Source of the DNA: an uncultured Candidatus Saccharibacteria bacterium | Lineage (GTDB): Bacteria; Patescibacteriota; Saccharimonadia; Saccharimonadales; CAZLTB01 | Assembly (NCBI GenBank): GCA_964562505.1 | Contig: CAZLTB010000001.1 | Span: 2,024-66,023, forward strand | Length of the DNA stretch: 64,000 nt | Direction of reading: 5' to 3' | In this document: piece after piece, positions 9,947 through 20,840 of the stretch | Layout: the number at the start of each line of letters is the position of its first letter | Numbering within the stretch: position 1 is the first letter of the stretch | Made by a program: the position numbers and the translations under genes | The notes under the pieces: model-generated | What the model was told of the DNA's origin: nothing | Database searches by the model: none | The model's input: the letters and a program-made list of their open reading frames with translations, nothing else

Positions 9947-10684
9947 ATGGTGAGTTTGAAGCCTAAGAGTGGCTTTTCTCATTTTTTCCACTTGGCGCTA
10001 AACGCCTTACTGCCCGCCTTAATATTTATTTTAGTAAGAATACACTTTGTTCCGCTCGCTGCTGCTCTGATCATACTATCCAAGTGGCGGATGTTTGCGG
10101 TTCGCCCTAGGTATTGGCCGGCAAACATAAGGGCCAACATGGTCGACATAATGGTCGGGATCTCAGCGGTTATTTTTATGGCTCATACTCCAAGTGCCGG
10201 CTGGCAACTGTTTTGGGCAACAGCCTACGGCCTATGGTTAGTGTTACTGAAGCCCGGCTCAAGCGTATTGCATGTCTCGCTTCAGGCTGCAGTTGCTCAG
10301 TTATGTGCACTTACGGCGCTATTTCTTAATTGGGGTGATGCTTCACTCCTGGTTCTGGTAGTTGCCGCTTGGGCAATATGTTATCTGATTGCGAGGCACT
10401 TCTTCACGAGCTTTGATGAGCCACATGCTCCACTCTATGCCCACACCTGGGGTTATTTTGCGGCTGCTTTGACTTGGGTCCTCGGGCATTGGTTATTATT
10501 TTATGGAACACTTGCACAACCAACCCTACTTCTATCGGTGATAGGGTGCGGTATAGCTACTTTGTATTATCTAGATCAAACTGACCGGCTTAGTTTGTTT
10601 ATGCGTCGGCAGTTTATATTTATCATGGTCGCCGTTGTGGTTGTGGTATTGGTATTTTCCAATTGGGGTGATAGAACAATCTAA
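9947..10684 (+). CDS. Multi-pass membrane protein of unknown function
   Basis: 245 aa with about 8-9 hydrophobic segments; SKWRMFAVRPRYW motif. Confidence 0.8.
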   Translation: MVSLKPKSGFSHFFHLALNALLPALIFILVRIHFVPLAAALIILSKWRMFAVRPRYWPANIRANMVDIMVGISAVIFMAHTPSAGWQLFWATAYGLWLVLLKPGSSVLHVSLQAAVAQLCALTALFLNWGDASLLVLVVAAWAICYLIARHFFTSFDEPHAPLYAHTWGYFAAALTWVLGHWLLFYGTLAQPTLLLSVIGCGIATLYYLDQTDRLSLFMRRQFIFIMVAVVVVVLVFSNWGDRTI

Positions 10685-10713
10685 AGTCAATAACGTGGGA
10701 GGGGAACGCACAG

Positions 10714-11910
10714 ATGAATGAGGTTAATAAGGCTTCAACACCTAAAATGCTGTCAAATGGGCCGAAGCGCACTACACTATTGGTCTTGGTATTTTTTGTT
10801 TTAGTTAGCTGTGCTGCAGGATTCGTTGGCGGTTGGTTTGGAGCTGAGGGCAGACAACAGACCCAGCAGGGCATTAACAGCGCCAGCCAACAGATAGTTT
10901 CAGGTGAGAGCCAGCTTATTAGCCAGATTGCCAAAGATGTCAGTCCGAGCGTAGTTTCTATCGACGTTACCAGCCAGGCAACAACCAACTTTGGTTTTTT
11001 TGGTCCGAGACAGACTCAGCAACAAAGTGCTGGCACGGGGGTAATTATTAGCAGTGACGGGGTAATCATCACTAATCGACACGTTGTCCCGGCTGGCACG
11101 ACTAGTGTTAGCGTGACTTTATCCAATGGAACTAAGCTCGACAATGTTAGCGTTATCGGAAAGACGGCTGATGGCGACTCATTAGATGTTGCGTTCCTCA
11201 AAATCAAAGACGCCAAGGGTGAAAAACTTAAAGCTGCCAAAATTGGAGACTCAAGCAAAATGCAAGTAGGGGATAAAGTTATTGCTATTGGCAATGCGCT
11301 CGGCCAGTTTCAAAACACTGTGACCGCCGGGATCATTTCTGGTTATGGCCGAAGTGTAGAAGCTGGTGATGCCACGGGCAATAGCAGCGAGACGCTTCAG
11401 GATCTTTTCCAGACCGACGCTGCCATCAATGAAGGAAATTCCGGTGGTCCCTTGGTCAATATAAGTAGCGAAGTTATAGCCATTAATACGGCCATTGCCG
11501 GCGGGCAGGCTCAAAACATTGGCTTTGCCATTCCGGTGGGTGATCTACAGGGATTAATCAAAAGTGTTTTAACCAAGGGCAAGCTTGAGAGGCCATACCT
11601 AGGCGTCCATTATGTAAATCTGACTGATGACTTGGCATATCAAAATAATTTAACGGTTAAACGAGGCGCATATATTATACCTAGCTCAAATGGGCAAAGC
11701 TCTATTATAGCCGGCAGCCCAGCAGCCAAAGCTAATCTAAAAGACAAAGACATAATAATTAAAATAGATAATGATAGCATTGATGAGAACCATAGCCTGG
11801 TTGCGCTGATCAACAAACACTCCGTCGGAGACGAGGTTACATTGACCATTGTTCGTGACGGAAAACAACAGACTATTAAAACTAGGCTGGAAGCATCGCC
11901 TAGCGGATAA
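10714..11910 (+). CDS. htrA: HtrA/DegP-family serine protease with PDZ domain
   Basis: TM anchor, TNRHVV (His), DVAFLK (Asp), QTDAAINEGNSGGPL (Ser), C-terminal PDZ. Confidence 0.95.
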   Translation: MNEVNKASTPKMLSNGPKRTTLLVLVFFVLVSCAAGFVGGWFGAEGRQQTQQGINSASQQIVSGESQLISQIAKDVSPSVVSIDVTSQATTNFGFFGPRQTQQQSAGTGVIISSDGVIITNRHVVPAGTTSVSVTLSNGTKLDNVSVIGKTADGDSLDVAFLKIKDAKGEKLKAAKIGDSSKMQVGDKVIAIGNALGQFQNTVTAGIISGYGRSVEAGDATGNSSETLQDLFQTDAAINEGNSGGPLVNISSEVIAINTAIAGGQAQNIGFAIPVGDLQGLIKSVLTKGKLERPYLGVHYVNLTDDLAYQNNLTVKRGAYIIPSSNGQSSIIAGSPAAKANLKDKDIIIKIDNDSIDENHSLVALINKHSVGDEVTLTIVRDGKQQTIKTRLEASPSG

Positions 11911-12703
11911 ATACTTGGATAAAATCGTCAGTTTTCAGCAATTCGTAATCCGTTAATTGAGCAATTTTGACTAATTCAACCTGTTGAAATGGTAAAGATT
12001 CAGTTAAAACGTATCTTGGAAACATTGAATTTTTTGCAATCTGACCGAATAATCGTCGGTAAAGATCAAGCCCATCTGGTCCGCCAAAAATGGCAATGCT
12101 AGGCTCCATGGCTGCAGCTTGATTTACATGGTAGTTGTCTGGCACGTACGGTAGGTTAGCCAATATCACGTCGTAAGGTTTTGTTGCGCTGCCCAGAAGA
12201 TCCGAATTTTTTATTGAAACATCTACGTTAAAGTGTTGTTTATTTTTTTCACAAATCTTAATTGCTTCATCATCAAGCTCAAGCATTTCCACCGTAATAT
12301 TAGGTAGTTCGAGTTTTGCTGTGATGCCAAGAGCTCCTGAGCCCGCGCCGACATCTACAAGGTTAAATGGTTGTTTTATTTTCAACGATTTTAATAAGTC
12401 AATCACGGTTTCGGACTCTGGGCGTGGCTCTAGCACGTGTTTATTGATAATAAATTCGCGGCCATAGAACTCAGATTTACCTCTTAAATAAGCCAGAGGT
12501 TCATGGCTCATCCGTCGTTTTAGTTGTCTTTCTAATTGCTCGACTTCTTTTTTGTTTAATTCAAACTCTGGATGGGCCAATAGCCAACTACGGTCTTTCC
12601 TGATGAGATCTTCTAATAAAACAGTACAGTCAAGCCGGGCGGTGGCTATACCAGCGTCTTCAAGCTTTCTCGTATTCTCGCTTAGCCATTCTTTAATTTT
12701 CAT
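11900..12703 (-). CDS. prmC: Release factor glutamine methyltransferase
   Basis: EPLAYL, PRPESE, DVGAGSG and NLPY (NPPY-type) motifs; directly downstream of prfA. Confidence 0.95.
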   Translation of the reverse strand: MKIKEWLSENTRKLEDAGIATARLDCTVLLEDLIRKDRSWLLAHPEFELNKKEVEQLERQLKRRMSHEPLAYLRGKSEFYGREFIINKHVLEPRPESETVIDLLKSLKIKQPFNLVDVGAGSGALGITAKLELPNITVEMLELDDEAIKICEKNKQHFNVDVSIKNSDLLGSATKPYDVILANLPYVPDNYHVNQAAAMEPSIAIFGGPDGLDLYRRLFGQIAKNSMFPRYVLTESLPFQQVELVKIAQLTDYELLKTDDFIQVFIR

Positions 12704-13748
12704 TATTCATTATTTGCCGCTCATAGGCGAGGAGCTTTTCAATTAGGTCGTCGATTTCGCCGTTTAGTGCTCCAGGGATATTACTGCGACTATATCCGAT
12801 TCTGTGGTCAGTAATGCGGTCTTGAGGGAAGTTATAAGTACGTATCTTCTCTGAGCGGTCGCCCGTGCCAATCAATTTTTTACGTGCATCACTAAGTTGT
12901 TTGACGTCTTCATCAATCTTCATTTGCAACAGCCGTGACCTGAGCACACTCATCGCTTTAGCCTTATTTTTGATTTGCGACTTTTCATCTTGGTTGGCGA
13001 CAACAAGCCCGGTTGGCAAGTGAGTAATGCGCACTGCCGAGTCGGTTGTATTAACGGATTGGCCACCGTGTCCGCCAGAACGAAAGACGTCTATGCGTAA
13101 ATCAGAATCCTTGATGTCGATGTCAGTCTCCTCAGCTTCTGGCATTACGGCCACAGTAACTGTAGAAGTATGAACGCGCCCCTGGCTTTCGGTGACAGGC
13201 ACACGTTGAACCCGGTGCACCCCAGCTTCAAATTTTAGATTTCGATAAGCGTCAATACCGTGCACTGCAAAAATTATTTCTTTAAAACCGCCGGCCTCGG
13301 AGGAGCTTTCACTTATAAGCTCTGTCTTGTATTCGTGAGTTTCACACCAACGAACGTACATTCTATAAAGTTCTCCGGCGAAAAGACTGGCTTCATCACC
13401 GCCCGCAGCAGCTCGAATTTCTAAAATAACATCTTTCTCATCATTGGGGTCACGCGGCGTCAGTCGTTCGTTTAGATGATCTTCGATGGTCTGCAACTTA
13501 GTATCTGTTTCATCAAGTTCTTGCTGTGCCAGCTCTGCCAGTTCGTCACCACTCATGGTCAGTTCAGAGGCCTCTTGGTAAGCAGTTTTTAAACGGCTAC
13601 GTTGATCAAATAACGCGAGCGTTTCTTCAAGATGAGCGAGCCGTTTAGCAAGTTTTGGGTAATCTTTCGAAGAAAAAATCTCAGGATCTTGCAGTTTTTG
13701 TTGCAATGCAGAATATTCCTCGCGTAGGGCCTTTTCTTTATGATCCAT
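12693..13748 (-). CDS. prfA: Peptide chain release factor 1
   Basis: PVT anticodon motif (RVPVTE), GGQ and RTYNFPQ. Confidence 0.98.
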   Translation of the reverse strand: MDHKEKALREEYSALQQKLQDPEIFSSKDYPKLAKRLAHLEETLALFDQRSRLKTAYQEASELTMSGDELAELAQQELDETDTKLQTIEDHLNERLTPRDPNDEKDVILEIRAAAGGDEASLFAGELYRMYVRWCETHEYKTELISESSSEAGGFKEIIFAVHGIDAYRNLKFEAGVHRVQRVPVTESQGRVHTSTVTVAVMPEAEETDIDIKDSDLRIDVFRSGGHGGQSVNTTDSAVRITHLPTGLVVANQDEKSQIKNKAKAMSVLRSRLLQMKIDEDVKQLSDARKKLIGTGDRSEKIRTYNFPQDRITDHRIGYSRSNIPGALNGEIDDLIEKLLAYERQIMNNEN

Positions 13749-13804
13749 AGGAATAAGTTTACAGTAAAATTTTTGGCCGTTAGCTATCTAGCTTCTAGTT
13801 TTGC

Positions 13805-14155
13805 TTACTTTTCAGTAGCGTCGTTGATTTTCTTTTCTAACTTTTCGGTCTTGGCAATCTTACGCTTATCTTTTTTGCTGGCAGCCTTTTTTAAAGTTTC
13901 AGCGCGGGCTTTAGCTTCTTCCTGACGGGCTTTGAACTTATCAACTCGTCCCTCGATGTCTACAAGTTTCTCTTGACCGGTAAAGAAGGGATGTGAGCTG
14001 CTTGAAATATGTACCTTTACGAGTGGATAATCTACGCCATCAAGTTTGATTGTTTCTTCAGTTATAACAGTAGAACGGGTCACAAAAGTTGTGCCGTCAT
14101 TAAGATCCTGAAACACTACAGGTCGATAGTTGTCGGGATGTAAGTCCTTTTTCAT
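13805..14155 (-). CDS. rpmE: 50S ribosomal protein L31, Zn-independent type B, with a long charged C-terminal tail
   Basis: MKKDLHP...SSSHPFFTG...GRVDKF with no Cys. Start placed at ATG 14155 rather than 14218. Confidence 0.93.
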   Translation of the reverse strand: MKKDLHPDNYRPVVFQDLNDGTTFVTRSTVITEETIKLDGVDYPLVKVHISSSSHPFFTGQEKLVDIEGRVDKFKARQEEAKARAETLKKAASKKDKRKIAKTEKLEKKINDATEK

Positions 14156-14261
14156 AACTGCTGCAGTATACACATCTGTTGATCTCTGGTCAATGCTTGG
14201 TAAGTTTCTATTTTGCAATTCTATGGCCTCTCTGTTAGAATTTGTTTACTGTTCATTAATC

Positions 14262-14340
14262 AGGCGAGGCGATAATCCTCCTCATCAGAGCCGTGTAGGG
14301 CTGATGTAGGCAAGCCTTGTCGAAGGGAAAGGATTTATTC
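14262..14340 (+). promoter_or_regulatory. Structured rpsB 5' leader (probable autogenous S2 operator)
   Basis: Hairpins GAGG/CCTC and CATCAG(AG)CC/GGCTGATG, then an AAGGA SD before ATG 14341. S2 autoregulation through its leader is established in other bacteria. Confidence 0.5.
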
Positions 14341-15081
14341 ATGGCTACACCAGACGTAGACATCAAGAAGTTATTAGAAGCCGGGGCACATTTCGGGCAC
14401 AAAACAAGTCGTTGGCACCCCAAGATGGCGCCATTTATTCATAGTAAACGTGGCGGTAGTCACATAATCGACTTGACCCAAACGGTTAGTCATCTGGAGA
14501 CCGCATTAGATTTCATCGAGAAAACGGCATCAGAAGGCAAGCAAATCCTGTTTGTTGGCACTAAGCGCCAGGCCCACGATATAGTAAAAGATCTAGCCGA
14601 AACGCTCGGACAACCTTATGTGGTGGAACGATGGCTGGGTGGCATGTTGACTAATCGCGATACCATCGGCGGGCGCGTTAAATATTTAAAAGACCTAGAA
14701 GCCAAAATGGAAAACGGTCAGTTAGCCAGCAAATACAGCAAGCTGGAGGTCCAACGCTACCAGGAGGAAATCGACGAGATGAACCACATCTACGGAGGCA
14801 TAAAAAATATGGCTGCCAAGCCTGGAGCACTTGTGGCATTCGATGTAATTCATGACATTAACGCTATACGAGAAGCACGTAAGCTCAGTGTGCCAATAGT
14901 AGCATTGGTTGATACAAACGCTGATCCAAGTCTGGTAGATTATCCCGTGCCGAGCAATGATGATGCCATAAAAACCATAAAATTAATTGCAGATTATATG
15001 AAAGTCGCGGTTGAAGCTGGCAAAACTCAGCATACTAAAAAGAGTGAAAAGCAGGCAGCCAAAGAAGGGGCAAAAGAGTAA
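14341..15081 (+). CDS. rpsB: 30S ribosomal protein S2
   Basis: LLEAGAHFGH, RWLGGMLTN, VDTNADP, PSNDDA. Confidence 0.98.
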   Translation: MATPDVDIKKLLEAGAHFGHKTSRWHPKMAPFIHSKRGGSHIIDLTQTVSHLETALDFIEKTASEGKQILFVGTKRQAHDIVKDLAETLGQPYVVERWLGGMLTNRDTIGGRVKYLKDLEAKMENGQLASKYSKLEVQRYQEEIDEMNHIYGGIKNMAAKPGALVAFDVIHDINAIREARKLSVPIVALVDTNADPSLVDYPVPSNDDAIKTIKLIADYMKVAVEAGKTQHTKKSEKQAAKEGAKE

Positions 15082-15680
15082 TGGCGGAAATATCAACTGA
15101 TGAAATCAAACGACTTCGCGAACTAACGGGCGTAGGTATTACGGACGCCAAAGCCGCACTAGTGGAGTCAAAAGGTGATTTTGATAAAGCACTGACCGCT
15201 ATGCGAAAAAAAGGTCTAACGAAAGCTGAAAAGCGTGGCGAGCGCGAAGCCAGAGCTGGTGTAATCGGTACTTATAACCATGACGGCCGAATTGGCGTTC
15301 TTGTAGAAATAAATTGCGAGACTGACTTTGTGGCTAGAAACGAGCTGTTTACTAATCTCATAAAAGATATTGCTATGCATATTGCAGCTAGCGCTCCTGA
15401 ATTTGTCGGTTCTGACGATATTCCTGAAGAAGTAAGAAGTGCTAAAAAAACTGAATTTGCCGACAAGGCAAAATCTGAAGGCAAGCCAGAGAAAATGATT
15501 GATAATATTGTTGACGGCATGCTCAAAAAACATTTTGCCGAACTCTGCTTACTTGACCAGCCATTTGTTAAGAATCCTGACCAGACCGTTGGAGATTATG
15601 TCAAAGAACACATAGCCAAACTTGGTGAAAATATTGTCGTTCGACGCTTCAGTCGCATGGTCCTTGGTGAACTTCAGTAG
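15081..15680 (+). CDS. tsf: Elongation factor Ts (short form)
   Basis: LRELTG, NCETDFVA, LLDQPFVK, GENIVVRRF. Confidence 0.97.
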   Translation: MAEISTDEIKRLRELTGVGITDAKAALVESKGDFDKALTAMRKKGLTKAEKRGEREARAGVIGTYNHDGRIGVLVEINCETDFVARNELFTNLIKDIAMHIAASAPEFVGSDDIPEEVRSAKKTEFADKAKSEGKPEKMIDNIVDGMLKKHFAELCLLDQPFVKNPDQTVGDYVKEHIAKLGENIVVRRFSRMVLGELQ

Positions 15681-15704
15681 TACAATCAAATAGAAGAGGG
15701 TGTT

Positions 15705-16268
15705 ATGAGTCCACAGCAATTAGTTGAACAGGCAAAAACTAAATTTCAGCAAGCGGTGAGTCATTTCCAGGATGAGCTGAAAAAAGTCCGAACTGGCCGG
15801 GCGCATCCCAGTATGCTCGACGGCGTTATGGTGGAAGCTTATGGAACCCCCATGCCACTAATTCAAGTAGCCAGCATCACAGCACCTGAAGGTCAGTTAC
15901 TGCAAATTACCCCATTTGACCCTAGCAATCTACAGGCTATCTCAACTGCCATAAGAGACAATGCATCTCTTGGGCTTAATCCTGCTGACGATGGGCGGGT
16001 GGTGAGAGTACCGATACCACCATTGACCGAAGAGCGACGGCGTGAATACGTAAAAGTTGTAAGTACAAAGGCAGAAGACTGCATGGTAAGTATGCGAGCT
16101 GCTCGTCACGAATTTCTAAAAGAAATTGAGCAGGCCAAAAAAGACAAAGATATTGGTGAAGACGAAGCAAAAAGGATCACTAAACAGATAGATGATGCTA
16201 TGTCTCAGGCTAAAAATGAAGTTGACGAAGCTGCTAAAGCTAAAGAACAAGAAATCTTAACTGTTTAA
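15705..16268 (+). CDS. frr: Ribosome recycling factor
   Basis: RTGRA, YGTPMPL, PPLTEERR. Confidence 0.97.
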   Translation: MSPQQLVEQAKTKFQQAVSHFQDELKKVRTGRAHPSMLDGVMVEAYGTPMPLIQVASITAPEGQLLQITPFDPSNLQAISTAIRDNASLGLNPADDGRVVRVPIPPLTEERRREYVKVVSTKAEDCMVSMRAARHEFLKEIEQAKKDKDIGEDEAKRITKQIDDAMSQAKNEVDEAAKAKEQEILTV

Positions 16269-16284
16269 GCTATAATATCTCTAC

Positions 16285-16971
16285 ATGTCTGACGATGCTG
16301 TTTTACCCACTCACGTAGGTATTATTCTTGACGGAAATCGCCGCTGGGCGAAGCAGGAAGGGTTGCCAACACTTGAGGGCCATAGGCGCGGAGCCGAAGT
16401 TCTAAAAGAGATAGCAAAACATGCTTATCAGCGCGGCATAAAACATATATCGGCTTACATTTTTTCGACTGAAAACTGGCGACGTACCGAGCAGGAGGTA
16501 GGTTACCTCATGGATCTAGCCGTAAAGGCTTTTGAGAAGTATCTGGATGAATTCAATAAAGATGGAATTCGAGTTGTCATTTTAGGCAGACGCGATGGCT
16601 TAAGAACCAAGGTGCTTGATGTTATAAAGCGCACAGAGGAAGTCACTAAAAATAACTCTAAAGGTACTCTGGCTCTTTGTTTTAACTATGGTGGCAGAGA
16701 TGAAATAGTAGATGCTGCTAATAATTTGGTTGAGGCTGGTCAGGACGTTACAGAAGAGTCATTGACAAATTCACTCTACCAACCTGAACTGCCGGACCTA
16801 GATTTAGTAATCCGCACCTCTGGTGAACAGCGACTAAGTGGTTTTATGATGTGGCGGGCAATGTATGCAGAACTTTATTTTAGTCCTGTAATGTGGCCAG
16901 CATATTCAACAACCGATTTTGATGAAGCCATTGCTGATTACACAAGGCGTAAAAGAAGGTTTGGAGAGTAA
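16285..16971 (+). CDS. uppS: Undecaprenyl diphosphate synthase
   Basis: ILDGNRRWA, FSTENW, NYGGRDEI, IRTSGEQRLSGF. Confidence 0.97.
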   Translation: MSDDAVLPTHVGIILDGNRRWAKQEGLPTLEGHRRGAEVLKEIAKHAYQRGIKHISAYIFSTENWRRTEQEVGYLMDLAVKAFEKYLDEFNKDGIRVVILGRRDGLRTKVLDVIKRTEEVTKNNSKGTLALCFNYGGRDEIVDAANNLVEAGQDVTEESLTNSLYQPELPDLDLVIRTSGEQRLSGFMMWRAMYAELYFSPVMWPAYSTTDFDEAIADYTRRKRRFGE

Positions 16972-18144
16972 ATGGCACTATTCTTGCTGATTCTTGGGCT
17001 GGTTTTGTTCGTAAGTCTGGTGGTTGTACATGAACTCGGTCATTTTATAGCCGCTCGTCGTAACGGGGTAAAAGTTGAGGAATTCGGCATCTTTTTTCCA
17101 CCGCGCCTCTTTAAAAAGCGTATGAAGAACGGGTACGATTTTACTATAAATTTATTGCCGCTTGGTGGATTTGTAAGACTCAAAGGTGAGCACGATGCCG
17201 ATAAGCAACCTGGTAGCTTTGGTGCTGCAAGTCTAAAAAACAAGACCAAAATAATGCTAGCTGGAGTCGTTATGAATTTGTTGGTGGCGCTTGTTCTATT
17301 CACGATTGTGGCATGGCTTGGTATGCCCAAACTTTTGACCAAAGACACAGTTGGCCAGGATCAGTTTACGGTCGCAAGTGATACTAAAATTATTAAAGAT
17401 GTTCAAAATAAGGGGATTGTTAAAGTCGATCAGATTATAAATGATAGCCCGGCTCAAAAAATCGGCTTGTCGAACAATGACCAGATCTTGGCGGTGGCTG
17501 GCATAACAATTGATTCACCCGGGAAACTATCGGCAACGACCAAAGCCAATGTCGGCAAAATGGTTACCATTGTCTTTAAACATAGCGAAGAAGCCACGCC
17601 TATTACTAAATCAGTCCAACTTAATAATCAATCACCATATCTGGGTGTCGGCAGCTATTCTGCCGAAAGCGGCGCTCAAATCCGTCGCTCTACTTGGTCA
17701 GCTCCTGTTGTAGCTACGGGACTTACAATACAGATGACGAGATTAACATTTAAGGGTCTGTGGACTGCAGTTAAGGGTTTTGGGCAATGGCTGGCTGGAC
17801 TTGCGACTCATAATAAGACACAACGTCAAACTGGCCAACAACAAGCTACTGAGCAAGTAGTTGGACCAGTCGGAATTTACTTCATATTGAAAGATATTGC
17901 CCACACAGGGCTAACTCTCCTACTTTTCCTAATTGCAACAATCTCTTTGGCCCTAGCTATTATGAATCTATTGCCCATACCAGCCCTAGACGGGGGGCGA
18001 CTCTATTTACTACTTATTACGCGCAAACTTACTGGCAAGCCTTTGTCGAAGAATCTTGAGGAAAAAATAGTCGGTACCAGCTTTGCGCTGATTATGGCAC
18101 TTTTTATTTTGATAACCATTGTTGACATACACAGGCCACATTAA
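16972..18144 (+). CDS. rseP: Site-2 (M50) intramembrane metalloprotease with PDZ domain
   Basis: HELGH, PLGGFVRL, NLLPIPALDGG. Confidence 0.95.
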   Translation: MALFLLILGLVLFVSLVVVHELGHFIAARRNGVKVEEFGIFFPPRLFKKRMKNGYDFTINLLPLGGFVRLKGEHDADKQPGSFGAASLKNKTKIMLAGVVMNLLVALVLFTIVAWLGMPKLLTKDTVGQDQFTVASDTKIIKDVQNKGIVKVDQIINDSPAQKIGLSNNDQILAVAGITIDSPGKLSATTKANVGKMVTIVFKHSEEATPITKSVQLNNQSPYLGVGSYSAESGAQIRRSTWSAPVVATGLTIQMTRLTFKGLWTAVKGFGQWLAGLATHNKTQRQTGQQQATEQVVGPVGIYFILKDIAHTGLTLLLFLIATISLALAIMNLLPIPALDGGRLYLLLITRKLTGKPLSKNLEEKIVGTSFALIMALFILITIVDIHRPH

Positions 18145-18146
18145 AT

Positions 18147-18914
18147 ATGGGTGATCTCGAAGAGGGTGCGAAAGGACACGACTACAAATGGGGTCCAGCT
18201 GCTGCATTAATTGTAACTGTCGGAATATATTTTGTTTCCCAAATCATTGCCGGGATTGTCATATCGCTTTATCCATTGCTTAAACACTGGAACTACGCTC
18301 AAACGACTAAATGGTTAGAGCAGTCAGTATTTGGACAGTTTTTCTTTATAGTTATAGTAGAAGCGATCACGCTATGGTTACTTTGGATATTTTTAAAACG
18401 TCGGCACGCTAAGCCATCAGATATAGCACTTAGATCTCCGAGACTACTAGACATTGCCTATGCCTTAGCCGGCTTTGGCGTCTACTTTGCCTCGTACAGA
18501 TTAATTGTTCGACTTGTTCATGGTTTAGTACCTAGTTTGAATCTTGAACAAAAACAAGAGCTAGGTTTTAGCACATCCATAAGCGGCAATCTGTTAATAC
18601 TTGTTTTCATTAGCTTAGTGATACTGCCGCCTTTTACTGAAGAAATATTAATGCGCGGCTTTTTATATACTGGACTTAAGTCTAAGCTCAAAAAGATTAC
18701 CGCTGCGATTATTACTAGCGTGCTTTTTGCAGCAGCGCATCTTCAAGCGGGCAGTGGGCATGATCTACTCTGGGTAGCAGCTATCGACACATTTACTTTA
18801 TCGTTGATACTAGTCTATTTAAGAGAGAAAACGAATAGCCTATGGGCGTCTATATTCACTCACATGCTTAAAAACGGATTAGCCTTCACGTTTCTGTTTA
18901 TATTTAAGGTGTAA
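18147..18914 (+). CDS. CPBP/CAAX (Abi) intramembrane protease
   Basis: EEILMRG, FAAAH and HMLKN motifs; multiple TMs. Confidence 0.92.
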   Translation: MGDLEEGAKGHDYKWGPAAALIVTVGIYFVSQIIAGIVISLYPLLKHWNYAQTTKWLEQSVFGQFFFIVIVEAITLWLLWIFLKRRHAKPSDIALRSPRLLDIAYALAGFGVYFASYRLIVRLVHGLVPSLNLEQKQELGFSTSISGNLLILVFISLVILPPFTEEILMRGFLYTGLKSKLKKITAAIITSVLFAAAHLQAGSGHDLLWVAAIDTFTLSLILVYLREKTNSLWASIFTHMLKNGLAFTFLFIFKV

Positions 18915-19021
18915 ATAAGACAAACCTACGGTTTTTCTCATCGCGCCGGGGAAATGGAATACATTTCTCTCGGGCTGCTCTTTTCCCTTAGTGGGGGTGT
19001 AAGGTACAATGGCTAATTAAG

Positions 19022-20272
19022 ATGAGACTATCAAAATTATTCACTAAAACGGTCCGAAATGCTCCGGCTGATGAGTCAGCAAAAAACGCGCAGTTGCTCA
19101 TCCGTGCTGGCTATGTCCACAAAGAAATGGCTGGTGTGTACAGCTTCTTACCCCTTGGATTGACCGTACTTAACAACATCGCCAACGTTATCCGAGAAGA
19201 AATGAATCAAGTAGGTGGGCAGGAAATTCTTATGCCGGCCTTGCAGATTAAAGAACGTTACATAGCTACCGGACGCTGGGATGACAAGGTTGTGGATGAT
19301 TGGTTTAAGACCAAACTGGTTAATGGGACTGAGGTGGGTTTAGGTTTTTCGCACGAGGAAAATTTGTCTCCACTTGTAAAAAATTTCGCAACCTCTTACA
19401 AAGACTTACCCATAGCGCCATATCAAATCCAGACTAAATTCCGGAATGAACTTAGGTCCAAGAGCGGTTTGATGCGCGGCAGAGAGTTTCTTATGAAGGA
19501 TATGTACTCGTATGCAATTTCTAAAGAGCAGCACGAAGCATTTTATAAAGAGGTCCAGGATGCCTACGGAGAAATATTCAAACGACTTGGCATTGGTGAA
19601 CAGACGTTTTTAACTTCAGCAAGTGGGGGCAGCTTTAGTAAATATAGTCATGAATTTCAAACTCTATCTGAGGCAGGTGAGGATACCATTTATCTGGATC
19701 GTCACAAAAAAATTGCTATTAATAAAGAAGTTTTTACGGATGAAGTTATTGCTGATCTGGGGCTTAAAAAACAAGAACTAGAGGAAGTAAAGGCAATCGA
19801 AGTTGGCAATATCTTTAGCCTAGGCACCAAATTTTCTGAGCCTTTTGGCCTCAAACTGCCTGATAAAGATGGCAAACAGACTAACCTTATAATGGGTTGT
19901 TATGGCATTGGAGTTAGTCGCGCTATGGGTACTATTGCGGAATTAATGAGTGACGATAAGGGCCTAGTGTGGCCAAATAATATTGCGCCCGCAAAGGTTT
20001 ACTTAGCTAGGCTAGATAATATATCAAATGTGATATCAAAAGCCGATGAGTTATATGAGAACTTGACCAAGGCAGGAGTTGCGGTACTATATGATGACCG
20101 TGATGCACGTCCCGGTGAAAAGTTCGCCGACGCTGATCTACTCGGAATTCCGTATCGATTGGTTATCAGCGAAAAAACAGTTAAAGCTGGCAAATACGAG
20201 CTTAAACATCGTAAAAAAGATGACAGCAGGTTGCTAAGTCAAGACGAAATCTCAAGTGTTCTAGTTGCCTAG
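19022..20272 (+). CDS. proS: Proline--tRNA ligase (bacterial type, no editing insertion)
   Basis: LLIRAGY, KFRNELR, RGREFLMKDMYS, MGCYGIGVSR, GEKFADADLLG; 416 aa. Confidence 0.96.
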   Translation: MRLSKLFTKTVRNAPADESAKNAQLLIRAGYVHKEMAGVYSFLPLGLTVLNNIANVIREEMNQVGGQEILMPALQIKERYIATGRWDDKVVDDWFKTKLVNGTEVGLGFSHEENLSPLVKNFATSYKDLPIAPYQIQTKFRNELRSKSGLMRGREFLMKDMYSYAISKEQHEAFYKEVQDAYGEIFKRLGIGEQTFLTSASGGSFSKYSHEFQTLSEAGEDTIYLDRHKKIAINKEVFTDEVIADLGLKKQELEEVKAIEVGNIFSLGTKFSEPFGLKLPDKDGKQTNLIMGCYGIGVSRAMGTIAELMSDDKGLVWPNNIAPAKVYLARLDNISNVISKADELYENLTKAGVAVLYDDRDARPGEKFADADLLGIPYRLVISEKTVKAGKYELKHRKKDDSRLLSQDEISSVLVA

Positions 20273-20340
20273 ACGGCAAGTTTGGTATAATCGTATATAT
20301 ACAGGGAACAGAGACAGTCTTATAAGGAGTATATTCTGTT

Positions 20341-20799
20341 ATGAAAAAACAGTTTTATTTGACCAAGGAGGGGGCTGACGAGCTTAAGGCTGAGTTAGGT
20401 GTATTAGTCGCTCAGCGTGGACCGATTGCTGAACGTATAAAAACTGCCCGTGAATTCGGAGATCTGGCTGAAAATGCTGAATATAGCTCTGCGCGCCAGG
20501 AACAGGAGCATGTTGAGGGTCGAATTGCCGAAATTGAAAACATTCTTCAGAACCTAGAGATAATTAAAAAGCCTAAAGGCGATAGCAAAGTGCAGCTTGG
20601 GTCACTCGTGAAGCTTAAGAATGATGGCAAGACCAAAGAGTTTCGGATCGTAGGTACAGTAGAAGCTGACCCAATGAATGGTAAAATTTCAGATGAATCG
20701 CCAATTGGTCAGGCGTTACTTGGCAAAACAGAGGGTGACAAAGTAGAGATTAAGACTCCTGCTGAGACTGCACTATACAAGATTGTTGATATAGCCTAA
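20341..20799 (+). CDS. greA: Transcription elongation factor GreA
   Basis: GDLAENAEY and ISDESPIGQAL. Confidence 0.97.
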   Translation: MKKQFYLTKEGADELKAELGVLVAQRGPIAERIKTAREFGDLAENAEYSSARQEQEHVEGRIAEIENILQNLEIIKKPKGDSKVQLGSLVKLKNDGKTKEFRIVGTVEADPMNGKISDESPIGQALLGKTEGDKVEIKTPAETALYKIVDIA

Positions 20800-20840
20800 G
20801 ACTCTGGTTATCTTAAACGGAATTAGATAAGCTGTTAATA

